Of a stretch of DNA of 27,284 nt, positions 8,107 to 16,914 are shown piece after piece (position 1 is the stretch's first letter; every line of letters starts with the position of its first letter). The notes below the pieces were generated by a model. It worked only from the letters and a program-made list of their open reading frames with translations. It was not told the DNA's origin and did not search any database. This DNA is from Candidatus Iainarchaeum sp. (lineage in GTDB: Archaea; Iainarchaeota; Iainarchaeia; Iainarchaeales; DTGL01): contig JAWALG010000012.1 of assembly GCA_038886995.1 (NCBI GenBank), positions 1 to 27,284 of the forward strand, given 5' to 3'. Made by a program: the position numbers and the translations under genes.

Positions 8107-9069
8107 GTGGTTTCTTTGCAAGGCAAGATTTCTTTTGATAAGGATGGCAAAAGCTACCAAAGCTTTTGTGAGATTCTTCAGTCACCAGAAGCAATAAGGC
8201 CTCTTCTCAATGAGAAGTGCTGGCGGATATTTTGTGAGTTTGCCTCTGGCGAAAAATACCCTGCGGAGCTTGCCAAGAAACTAGGGCTTGGGCAACAGGA
8301 AGTTTACTATTACATAAATAAGCTTAAAAACGCAGGCCTTTTGGAGATCACAAAAAAAGAAGAAAAGCAAGGCGGTCTTGCAAAGTACTATGTTGCAACA
8401 AAAAAGTGTTTTGCATTTGTGCCATTCCCAGAGCAAAAGGTAAATATGGAGATAACAGGCCAGGAAAAGAGCATGCCAAAAGCGCTAGAGGGCTTTTTCC
8501 ACCCCTTCATAAGGAATGGTGTTTTGGATGCTAAGATTGTGATAGGCGCTCCAGATTCACATGGAGTATTCAAGGCAAGGGCCAGAGACGCGCATATTGC
8601 CGCAGAACTTTCATGTTTTCTTGGGCTTTTCTGCAACCGCATAAAGCAGCCATTTGTTTATCTTGACACAATGGTTGGGCCTATAAATGAAGAAAACGCA
8701 AACCTTATAGTTGTTGGTGGACCAATAACAAACAAGACAAGTGCTGAGGTTAATGAGCACCTAAGCATAAAATTTTGGCAGAAGAATGCACATTGGGTTA
8801 TAAAGAGCAAAAACTCGGATAAAGAGTATACAGAGGATTCAATAGGCATTGTTGAGAAAATTAAGCATCCTTTCTTTGAAGATCGCTCAATCTTATTCCT
8901 TGCTGGCAAGAGGAATGTCGGCACAAAGGCCTCTGTGCTTGCTTTGATGCTAAAGACAGCTGAAATGGCCATGCCGAACAGCTTCTCAGAGGGAAGAATT
9001 GCACACGTTGTTGAAGGCCTAGACCTTGATAGCGACGGCCAAGTTGACGATGTTGAGATTTTGGAATAA
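8107..9069 (+). CDS. ArsR-like winged-HTH protein fused to an S-layer-C-like domain (putative transcription regulator); start may be TTG 8116
   Basis: YPAELAKKLGLGQQEVYYYINKLKNAGLLEI..GGLAKYY is wHTH-like. NLIVVGGPITN resembles the S-layer C-terminal motif. The C-terminus contains DLDSDGQVDDVE. Confidence 0.75.
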   Translation: MVSLQGKISFDKDGKSYQSFCEILQSPEAIRPLLNEKCWRIFCEFASGEKYPAELAKKLGLGQQEVYYYINKLKNAGLLEITKKEEKQGGLAKYYVATKKCFAFVPFPEQKVNMEITGQEKSMPKALEGFFHPFIRNGVLDAKIVIGAPDSHGVFKARARDAHIAAELSCFLGLFCNRIKQPFVYLDTMVGPINEENANLIVVGGPITNKTSAEVNEHLSIKFWQKNAHWVIKSKNSDKEYTEDSIGIVEKIKHPFFEDRSILFLAGKRNVGTKASVLALMLKTAEMAMPNSFSEGRIAHVVEGLDLDSDGQVDDVEILE

Positions 9070-9101
9070 CTTAGCCAAAAAGTTTCTACCCAAGACTCAA
9101 G

Positions 9102-9115
9102 GAAAGTTATATAAA
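9102..9115 (+). promoter_or_regulatory. Putative BRE-TATA for the membrane protein-smc unit
   Basis: GAAAG-TTATATAAA lies about 30 nt upstream of ATG 9145. Confidence 0.55.
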
Positions 9116-9135
9116 CATTCAATTACTTATTAGAA

Positions 9136-9933
9136 TTGATAACTATGCTTGATGCTCTGGCTGGCTCACTTGGTGTGATGCTTAAAAGGCCTTTTGCTTT
9201 GGTGCCTATTTTTATTATGATGTTAGCGCTTGCTCTTGTCTCAGTTTTTTTCCAGCTCGAGATGCTTGAGTTCATTTACTTCATGTCAACGAGCGAAGCA
9301 CCTTTAAGCAATCCAATCCATGCAATGTCTTACTTTCTTAATACTAACCCAAAAGGGCTTTTTTACATTTTTGACTATGCCTTTTTAGGCCTTGCTGCTT
9401 TTTTACTTATCTCTATTTATTACTGCCGCCTTATACTTACCAAAGATAAAAAGGGCAGCATAATGAGCGCACTGGCTTTCGCATTTGGCTCTCTTTGGAA
9501 CATTATTGTGCTCCTTGGAACAATGCTGCTTTTCTTTGTCTCTGCTTCTGTGATCTTGTTTGTAATCACGTTATTGCCAATATCGAACATTTACCTTTAC
9601 TTTGCTATAATGTTCTTGTTCATGTTAATTTTTTTGGTTCTTTATATACGCCTGTTCGCGTTTGTAATTCCAGCACTTGCCGAGGAGAAAACAAACACTA
9701 AAAAGGCATTGAAGAAAAATTGGGGCTTTGTTAATAAACATTTTTGGGCTACGCTGTTGCTTTTCTTTGTGCTTCTTCTGGTCTTACTTTTGACAGGCCT
9801 TTTATACAATGCTGCAGTAGAACCCTTTGAGGATAACATAACAGTTTTTTCAATCTTTGCTTTGTTTGGGACATTCAATGCTGCTTATTGCCTTGGCACA
9901 ATAGCACTTTACTACTCAAAGCACGAAAGATGA
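9136..9933 (+). CDS. Polytopic membrane protein of unknown function (likely start ATG 9145)
   Basis: About six hydrophobic segments. ALKKNWGFVNKHFW resembles the amphipathic motif of GDPD-membrane-domain-like proteins. Confidence 0.75.
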   Translation: MITMLDALAGSLGVMLKRPFALVPIFIMMLALALVSVFFQLEMLEFIYFMSTSEAPLSNPIHAMSYFLNTNPKGLFYIFDYAFLGLAAFLLISIYYCRLILTKDKKGSIMSALAFAFGSLWNIIVLLGTMLLFFVSASVILFVITLLPISNIYLYFAIMFLFMLIFLVLYIRLFAFVIPALAEEKTNTKKALKKNWGFVNKHFWATLLLFFVLLLVLLLTGLLYNAAVEPFEDNITVFSIFALFGTFNAAYCLGTIALYYSKHER

Positions 9934-9950
9934 CTTCAAGTGGTTAGCGT

Positions 9951-12902
9951 ATGGTTGAAATAAAGAAACTTGTTCTCAAGAACTTTAAGTCATTTAGAAG
10001 TGCCGAGATACCTTTTAAAAAAGGCCTTACCGCAATAATAGGGCCAAATGGCTCAGGCAAAAGCAATCTCTTAGATGCATTGCTTTTTGTCCTTGGCGAA
10101 ACATCAATGAAAAGCTTGAGGATGGGCAAGATAACCGAGCTTGTGAATTACAATGCAGCTGAAAAATATGCAAAGGTTGAGCTCAAGCTTAAGCGCGACA
10201 ATGAAGAAATAACAATAAGCCGCCTTATTGACAACAAAGGTCGAAGCGAATGCAGGATTAATGATAAGAAGGTCACACTTAATGAGCTCGTTTCACTTGT
10301 AGAGGAACTTGGCCTCAAGAGCAAGCACAATTTCATAGCACAAGGTGATATAACAAGGATAATTGAGATGAACCCTGAGCAGAGGCGCACAATAATAGAT
10401 GAACTTGCAGGGATCGAAGAATTTGAAATAAAGCGCAAGGAGGCACAGGTTAACCTTGATAAGGTCAACGAAAGGATAAAAGATGTAAAACTTGTGCTGC
10501 AGGAGAAGCTTGCACGGCTTGAGCAACTCCAAAAAGAGCGCGAACAGGCAGAGCGTTACAAGAGCCTTGTTGAAAGGAGGAATATGCTTAAGGCAAGCAT
10601 CATAAATTCTGAAGCCGAATCCATAAGGCAGGAGATACAGAAGAACAAGGAAAAGCTCACAGCATTGCAAGAAAAGGCCTCCAAAAGGGCTGCTGAAAAA
10701 GAATCAATCACTAAAAAGATTGCTGAGTTTGAAAAGAAAAGCGAGGAGCTTAGCAGGAAGATTGTTGAGGAACAACAGCAAATATACCAAGAGTTTGGAA
10801 CAAAGTCAGAAGAGCTTAGGACTGAAATAAGGGTTTCAGAGGAAATAATAAGCGCAAATTCTGCATCTATTTTGAAGATTGAATCTCAGGAAAATTCACT
10901 TGCTGCAGAGCTTCACAACTTGCTCAAAAGGCAAGATGAAGAAAGCCAGCGAATAGAAGCAATAAAGCTTGAGATTGAAGAGCAAAATTCGCTAATTGCA
11001 TCTATTGAAAGCGAGATTCAGCAGAAGGAGAAAGATATTCAAGCGGAATCGTCAAGAAAGGCCGAAATAGAGCAAGAAATATTTTCACTTGAGCAGGAAA
11101 TTGAGAAATTGCAGAACAAAGTAAAGATTAAGCAGAAGGAATTTGGCGAGATAAAAGGCGAGAATGATGTAAGGGAGAAGCGCATAAAGGAACTTTCTGT
11201 CGAACTGGCCAACTCAGACCAGCTAAAGGCATCAATCTCAAAGCTAAAAGAGCAACTGAATGTTTTAGAGTCGAAATCCTTGGAAGAGAAACTAAAAAAG
11301 CTTAGGGAACTTGAGCTTGAAGCCATCACTAAGGATGGTTTGCAGGCAGGGCTGATAAGTCAGTTAAAAGAGTCCCTTGCTGGCATAGAAAGCGCGTCAG
11401 CAAAATGCCCCATATGCGAGAGCAGCATTAGCCCAGAAAAAAAGAAAAAACTGCAAGAGAAAAAAATTAAGGAGCTCAAGACGGCTGAAATGCAGAAAAA
11501 CTCTATAGCAGAAAAGCTCAAAGACATTCGTGCCAAGATAAAGGATACTGAGTCAGATTTAGAGACATTCTCAAAGCTTGCACAAGAACTGCAAGCCAAA
11601 GAAAAAGAACTTAAGAGAATAGACGAGATAAAGAAAAAGATTGATGAAGAAAAAGGCAGCATGAGGGACTTAAAAGGCCTTTCAAACGAAATAGCATCTC
11701 TTGAGCAAAAGATTGCATCGCTTAACAGGTTACGCTCAGAAAAAAGAACACTTCTCGAGGAGCTTTCTCAATCTACCCGGGCAGAGAAATACTCACAACT
11801 AAGCGAGCTTAAAGGCCAGCTTTCTCTCCTCGAAAGTGACTTGCGAATTGCTGAAAGCACAATAAAAAACATTGCTGAAAGGACATCAACCATAAGGTCT
11901 AGAATCAATGAACTCGCAGTTGAAAAGCAGCAGTTGAATAAGCAAAAAGAAGAGAAGATGAAGGCAATAGAAGGCCTTAAAAAAGAGCTTGCAAAGATAG
12001 AGGAGAAGAAGCTTAAAAGGAGTGAACAGATAGCTTCTCTTCTAGAGGATAAAGAAGGCCTTCTCGGCATGATTCAAAAGCTTAAGACAGAGCTTAGCAT
12101 TGTGGATTCTGACATGGTTAAGGCAGAGCGTGACGGCAGTGAGATAAGGATTGAAGTTGGCAAGGCAGAGGTGCGCTTAGCAGACCTCGAAGAAGAACTT
12201 AAGGAAATCCCTAAGACGCAAATCATAAGTGATGTCACAATTAAAGATATGAAAAAGATGCTATCAGATGTAGACCGCGAGCTAAATTCAATTGGTGCAG
12301 TGAATCTGAGGGCTAGTGAAGCCGTAAGAGAAGAAGAAGAGCTTCTCCTCGAAGTAAAATCAAAGATAGAGAAACTTGAAGAAGAGCAAAAAGCAGTTGT
12401 GGATATGATACAAAAGATAGAGGTCAAAAAGAAAGAGATATTCATGGATTGCTTCGAAAAGATAAACAAGAATTTCTCTGACATGTTTTACAATTTCTTT
12501 GGTGGTACGGGCAAACTCAGCTTAACAGATTACGAGGATATAAGCAATGCAGGCCTTATAATTGAGGCAAAGCACAAAGAGAATTTGCAATCAATTGATG
12601 CCATGAGTGGGGGTGAAAAAACACTTACTGCATTGGCATTTATTTTTGCAATTCTTGTATATTCGCCAGCACCCTTATATGTCTTGGATGAAACAGATGC
12701 TGCCTTGGATGAAGTTAATTCAATAAAGGTTAGTAAAGTACTCGAAGAACTCTCTAAAAAGTCGCATATAATAGTTATTACCCACAACAATGTTGTTGTC
12801 AGGTATGCTATGCAAGTTTTGGGAGTCACTCTAACAAAATCAGGATCCCAGATAGTTGGCCTTGACCTCACAAAGCACCTTTCCGAGGCAACCGGGCAAT
12901 AG
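9951..12902 (+). CDS. smc: SMC-family chromosome segregation ATPase, hinge-less, with central CxxC zinc hook
   Basis: Walker A GPNGSGKSNLLDA, Q-loop IAQGDIT, PEQRRTIIDELAGI, GAVNLRA, signature MSGGEKTLTALA, PAPLYVLDETDAALD and VITH. Long coiled coils flank KCPICES at aa 485-491. Confidence 0.9.
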   Translation: MVEIKKLVLKNFKSFRSAEIPFKKGLTAIIGPNGSGKSNLLDALLFVLGETSMKSLRMGKITELVNYNAAEKYAKVELKLKRDNEEITISRLIDNKGRSECRINDKKVTLNELVSLVEELGLKSKHNFIAQGDITRIIEMNPEQRRTIIDELAGIEEFEIKRKEAQVNLDKVNERIKDVKLVLQEKLARLEQLQKEREQAERYKSLVERRNMLKASIINSEAESIRQEIQKNKEKLTALQEKASKRAAEKESITKKIAEFEKKSEELSRKIVEEQQQIYQEFGTKSEELRTEIRVSEEIISANSASILKIESQENSLAAELHNLLKRQDEESQRIEAIKLEIEEQNSLIASIESEIQQKEKDIQAESSRKAEIEQEIFSLEQEIEKLQNKVKIKQKEFGEIKGENDVREKRIKELSVELANSDQLKASISKLKEQLNVLESKSLEEKLKKLRELELEAITKDGLQAGLISQLKESLAGIESASAKCPICESSISPEKKKKLQEKKIKELKTAEMQKNSIAEKLKDIRAKIKDTESDLETFSKLAQELQAKEKELKRIDEIKKKIDEEKGSMRDLKGLSNEIASLEQKIASLNRLRSEKRTLLEELSQSTRAEKYSQLSELKGQLSLLESDLRIAESTIKNIAERTSTIRSRINELAVEKQQLNKQKEEKMKAIEGLKKELAKIEEKKLKRSEQIASLLEDKEGLLGMIQKLKTELSIVDSDMVKAERDGSEIRIEVGKAEVRLADLEEELKEIPKTQIISDVTIKDMKKMLSDVDRELNSIGAVNLRASEAVREEEELLLEVKSKIEKLEEEQKAVVDMIQKIEVKKKEIFMDCFEKINKNFSDMFYNFFGGTGKLSLTDYEDISNAGLIIEAKHKENLQSIDAMSGGEKTLTALAFIFAILVYSPAPLYVLDETDAALDEVNSIKVSKVLEELSKKSHIIVITHNNVVVRYAMQVLGVTLTKSGSQIVGLDLTKHLSEATGQ

Positions 12903-12904
12903 CT

Positions 12905-15298
12905 TTAATCAACTTTGTTTTTATTTTTCCTTTTAGGCAAAATTTTTTCTGAAGTTTTTTCTGTTTTATTCTTTTGTTGTTCAGCAAGTTCTGATTCTTC
13001 TGATTCAGTTTTGCTTTTTATATCAACTTTTAGTTTCTCTACTTTTGCGTTGTACTCCTCAACAAATTTGTTGTAATCTTCATCGGTTATCTCCCCTTGT
13101 GCGTAATGCTGTCTTATCTGCTCCAGAGTTGTTGCAAGCCCCTTTATCTCTCCAACCTGCCTGTCAAGCTCAACGAGCTTTTTTGAATGTTTTGATATCT
13201 CTTTCTTCAAATCAGCGATCTGCTTTTCGTATTCTGCCTTCTTCACAGCGTATTCTTCAGGGCTTATCTTTCCCCTTGCATGCATTAGGTTTATCTTTGT
13301 AAGTTCATTCTCAAGCTTTTCAACCTTCCTTTTTAACTGCTTTTTTGCAGTGTGTCTTTTCAACTTTGCCTTGTGAAGCCAAAATAGCAAAATTAATATC
13401 AATAGTATCAGTAGTACCGCGACTGAAATAATGGCCAGCAAGTAGGCATAATCCAATATCTGCATAGTGCTCTTATCTGCGTCTTCTTTGCTTGTGCTTT
13501 GCTCATCTCTTGTGAGTGGGGTCTGACTTCGTGTATTTTCCGCAGGTGGCAACTTTATAGTTAACTGCTTTTTATCTGATTCTTGAAGTGACTTTATGAT
13601 TTCCTTTGATGACGCAAATGTTTGTTCTGCAAGATAAGCCAAGCTTAGCGCTGCTTTCGCATTCTCGACTGCTTTCGAATTCATTCCTTCTGCTTCGTAA
13701 TATTCAGCTGCCTTTTTGAAGTACTCTGCATGGTCAAGATAAAGCTCAGCCCATATCAATGAATTATCTTTGGTTATTTCATTGTAAATTTCCCCATTTT
13801 TTTCATCAACCATTTTCTTTATCTCAGAAAGGCCTTTTTTGCCCAAATCTTCAAGCGATTTGCATAAGCTGTACGCGCTTGCGGCGTCCATGATTGCTGC
13901 ATCGTACCAGCCGATTTCAATGCCTGCCTTTGCAGACCTTATGCGCCTATCTATGTCATCATCTTTATCAGGTAGCTTTGAATAGCAGTTTTCAGCTTCT
14001 ATGAGCTTCTTTCTTGCACTTTCTTTTAGGTCCGGCTTTGCAGTGAATTTATCTTTGGCTTCTAATGCAATATTGTAAAAATCTCCTGAAATTTTATACC
14101 AACCAGAGGCAAACTCATAGTCCTTTAGCTTCTCAGCAATTGTTGCTTTGCTTTCTATGCTCTTTAAGCTTGTTTCAGCCCATAGTATTCTTTGCTTTGC
14201 AGCAATAATCCAATCGCTTCTTTCCAAAGTGTAAAAGCTTTCTAGAACCTTTTTCCTCTCCTGAACTTTTTCCATTAGCTCTTCTTTCCAGAATGATATT
14301 GTGCTTGAGTCAGCATCTAGCAAAGATGGGTTTTTAGCTACATCCTTAACGAAACCGGCATAAACACAGGAAAGAAATGCATTGTTTGCTGCAGAATATA
14401 GGTAATTTGCTTCATAGAGCATGTTTGCGTCTTTCATAAGTTTTTCCGCGCTTGTAATCGACTCGAGAAGTGCACTCATTATTTCCACATCTGGGTTAGA
14501 CATCTCATTTAAGGCATCCTTCGCCCCCTTAATTTCTTCTTTGCATTCGCGTATGTATTTCATCGTCAATTCTTTCATCGACTTCATTTTCTCCTTTAAG
14601 GTCTTCATCTCAGGTGCAAACGGCTCTTGTTCCTTAATTTTTGTATTAACATCTATTTGGCTAAGGTCCATGAATGCATACTTCAGCGCTTCGTCAATAT
14701 CAGCAACCTCAACTACAATCAAACCCCAGTTTTTTGGCGCATATTCTACAAGGTTTACTGTTTTTATCCCATCTGGAAACATGTGTGTTTGGTAAGCGTC
14801 TCCTTTTGGTATGAGGAAAAGCTTCATCCCTGACTCATGCGCTTTTTGGGCTTTGAGATAAACACCGCCGACAGAGCCAACAGTGCCATCCTCGTATATC
14901 TGGCCTGTTATTGAAACGTAGCTTGGCAGCCGTTTGTCTTGAAGCATGGATATAAGCAGAAGTGCCATTGCTGCGCCCGCGCTCGGACCTTCAACAACGC
15001 TTGCATCTGATTTTATATCAAACATATAATCATATTTGTTAACATCCGTTGAATAGTTTGCTGCAACGCTTACAGCTACTTTTTCAGTGTGCTGTGTTGA
15101 TGTGCCTATAAGAGGTCCTACCGAACTCCATATCCTGCCGCTGCCTGGCACAATTTTGATGCCAAGGTCAGCCCTCACTGCCGAGGTCTCAGATTCTACT
15201 ACTGCAAATATTGGGATACTTCCATTTTCTACTATCGCATAACAGCTACTCATTAGGTAAACTATTGATATAAGCAACAGCAGCAATTTCCCTTTCAT
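12905..15298 (-). CDS. Membrane-anchored S16 (Lon-like) serine protease, lacking an ATPase domain
   Basis: Signal peptide MKGKLLLLLISIVYLMSSCYA, catalytic VEGPSAGAA and ITGQIYEDGTVGSVGGVYLKAQKA (Ser-Lys dyad), helical ectodomain, transmembrane helix YLLAIISVAVLLILLILILLFW, and cytoplasmic coiled coil. ATG 15298 follows GTGA; the ORF track start is 15307. Confidence 0.85.
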   Translation of the reverse strand: MKGKLLLLLISIVYLMSSCYAIVENGSIPIFAVVESETSAVRADLGIKIVPGSGRIWSSVGPLIGTSTQHTEKVAVSVAANYSTDVNKYDYMFDIKSDASVVEGPSAGAAMALLLISMLQDKRLPSYVSITGQIYEDGTVGSVGGVYLKAQKAHESGMKLFLIPKGDAYQTHMFPDGIKTVNLVEYAPKNWGLIVVEVADIDEALKYAFMDLSQIDVNTKIKEQEPFAPEMKTLKEKMKSMKELTMKYIRECKEEIKGAKDALNEMSNPDVEIMSALLESITSAEKLMKDANMLYEANYLYSAANNAFLSCVYAGFVKDVAKNPSLLDADSSTISFWKEELMEKVQERKKVLESFYTLERSDWIIAAKQRILWAETSLKSIESKATIAEKLKDYEFASGWYKISGDFYNIALEAKDKFTAKPDLKESARKKLIEAENCYSKLPDKDDDIDRRIRSAKAGIEIGWYDAAIMDAASAYSLCKSLEDLGKKGLSEIKKMVDEKNGEIYNEITKDNSLIWAELYLDHAEYFKKAAEYYEAEGMNSKAVENAKAALSLAYLAEQTFASSKEIIKSLQESDKKQLTIKLPPAENTRSQTPLTRDEQSTSKEDADKSTMQILDYAYLLAIISVAVLLILLILILLFWLHKAKLKRHTAKKQLKRKVEKLENELTKINLMHARGKISPEEYAVKKAEYEKQIADLKKEISKHSKKLVELDRQVGEIKGLATTLEQIRQHYAQGEITDEDYNKFVEEYNAKVEKLKVDIKSKTESEESELAEQQKNKTEKTSEKILPKRKNKNKVD

Positions 15299-15321
15299 AT
15301 GAATCACACTTATGGATAGCC

Positions 15322-15341
15322 AAAAGTTATTTTATATTTTA
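15322..15341. promoter_or_regulatory. Putative overlapping bidirectional TATA region between the protease and desulfurase genes
   Basis: AAAAGTTATTTTATATTTTA sits in a ~60-nt gap between divergent ATGs at 15298 and 15360. Confidence 0.4.
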
Positions 15342-15359
15342 TGCAATGACAATATTTTA

Positions 15360-16559
15360 ATGCTAAAACCCAAAAAGATAAGGTCTGATTTTCCAGTACT
15401 GCAAAGAAGAAAAATAGTTTACTTTGACAATGCTTGCACTACTCTCAGGCCAAAACAGGTTTTGGATGCAGTATCCTGGTACTATCAGAACAGTGGCGCA
15501 TGTGCAGAGCGTTCAATGCATGCGCTTGGCATTGAACTCACGGAAAGGTTGTGTAGGGCAAGGGAAAGCATATTGCGATACTTTAGGGCAGATGATTCAT
15601 ACTGCATAATATTCACAAAAAATGCAACAGAAGCAATTAATATTGTTGCAAACAGCTATGCTTTTGGAAAAAATAAAAAAGTTATTTTAAGCGACCGAGA
15701 ACATAACTCAAACCTTGTGCCTTGGTTGGCGCAAAAAAAACGCAAGGTTTCAGTTTCAGTTGTACCAAGCAAAAAGGATTTTGAGTTTGATATATCGGCG
15801 TTTGTAAAATTTGTTTCTAAAGGTGCCGGTCTTATGTCTGTGGTGCACATAAGCAACATAGATGGCTATGAACTGCCAGTGGAAGAAATAATAAGTGTTG
15901 CACATGATGAAGAGATTCCCGTAATGCTTGATGCTGCACAAAGTGCATTGCACAAAAGGCCAAATGTTTCTAAGTTAGATGCTGATTTTTTGGCATTTAG
16001 CGGCCATAAGATGTGCGGGCCCTCAATAGGTGGATTGATATGCAAAAAAGAATTTCTCTGCAAGCTGTCACCTTTGGTTTTTGGTGGCGGCGCTGTTGAG
16101 GAAGCCAAAGAATCAAGCTATAAGTTAAAGCAAGGTCATGCTGGGTTTGAGGCAGGCCTTCAAGATTATGCTGGTATAATTGGCTTAGAAGCAGCTTGCC
16201 AATACATTGAGAAGATAGGCCACAAAAATATAGAATCCTATGAAAGAAAACTTGATAAGGAGCTAACATCAGGTCTTTTAGGAATTAAAGGCGTGAAATT
16301 TGTTGGTGTTTCGGAGCCCACGAAGAAAATAGCCATTGCAAACTTTTGTGTTGAGGGTCTATCCTCAGCAGATGTTGCAATAATGCTAGACGAGCTTTAT
16401 GGTATTGCTGTCAGAAGTGGAATGCATTGTGCACATAACTGGTATCGGCGCAATAACTTGCAGCCAAGCGTGCGAGCATCCCTTTGCTTTTACAATACAA
16501 AAGAAGAGGTGGAACTGTTTTTAGAAGCGGTTGGCAAAACCGCTTCCATAAAGAAATAA
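15360..16559 (+). CDS. sufS: Cysteine desulfurase, SufS/CsdA type (class V PLP aminotransferase)
   Basis: IRSDFPVL, YFDNACT, FTKNATEAIN, EHNSNLVPW, LDAAQS, PLP lysine FSGHKMCGP and persulfide Cys RSGMHCAH. The start is placed at ATG 15360; the ORF track start is 15312. Confidence 0.9.
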   Translation: MLKPKKIRSDFPVLQRRKIVYFDNACTTLRPKQVLDAVSWYYQNSGACAERSMHALGIELTERLCRARESILRYFRADDSYCIIFTKNATEAINIVANSYAFGKNKKVILSDREHNSNLVPWLAQKKRKVSVSVVPSKKDFEFDISAFVKFVSKGAGLMSVVHISNIDGYELPVEEIISVAHDEEIPVMLDAAQSALHKRPNVSKLDADFLAFSGHKMCGPSIGGLICKKEFLCKLSPLVFGGGAVEEAKESSYKLKQGHAGFEAGLQDYAGIIGLEAACQYIEKIGHKNIESYERKLDKELTSGLLGIKGVKFVGVSEPTKKIAIANFCVEGLSSADVAIMLDELYGIAVRSGMHCAHNWYRRNNLQPSVRASLCFYNTKEEVELFLEAVGKTASIKK

Positions 16560-16567
16560 TAAAGGAG

Positions 16568-16876
16568 TTAGCCAAACAAAGAACTCAAGCCGCTAACTGC
16601 CTCTTCTTCTGTCTTCTTCTCTTCTTCTTCTGCTTTCTCTTCCTTCTTCGCTGCTATCTGTCCTGCAGCAGGAGTTGCTTGCACAGGTGCTGCCTGCATC
16701 AAAGCTGCGCTCTTTATGGCTTCGTCAATATTGACCTCCTTAAGGGAAGCTACCAATGCCTTAACCTTTGCTGCATCAGCCGCAACGCCTGCTGACTTCA
16801 GCACACCTGTAACTGCATCTTCTGTTATCTCTTTGCCTGCAGAATGCAGAAGCAATGCTGCATATATATACTCCAC
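16568..16876 (-). CDS. rpl12: 50S ribosomal stalk protein P1/L12 (archaeal)
   Basis: [19 protein letters not shown], Ala-rich hinge and acidic tail [16 protein letters not shown] 16876 follows SD GAGGTGA. Confidence 0.97.
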   Translation of the reverse strand: MEYIYAALLLHSAGKEITEDAVTGVLKSAGVAADAAKVKALVASLKEVNIDEAIKSAALMQAAPVQATPAAGQIAAKKEEKAEEEEKKTEEEAVSGLSSLFG

Positions 16877-16914
16877 CTTTTTCACCTCACTTGTTTTTTA
16901 TTAGCATTTAACAA

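Noticed and set aside
1251-12902. HerA plus zinc-hook ATPase as a herA-nurA-mre11-rad50 repair operon or a Wadjet-like defence system
   Set aside because: The genes are 5.7 kb apart and separated by an opposite-strand operon. No nuclease, kleisin or kite genes are present, and the ATPase heads are Smc-type.
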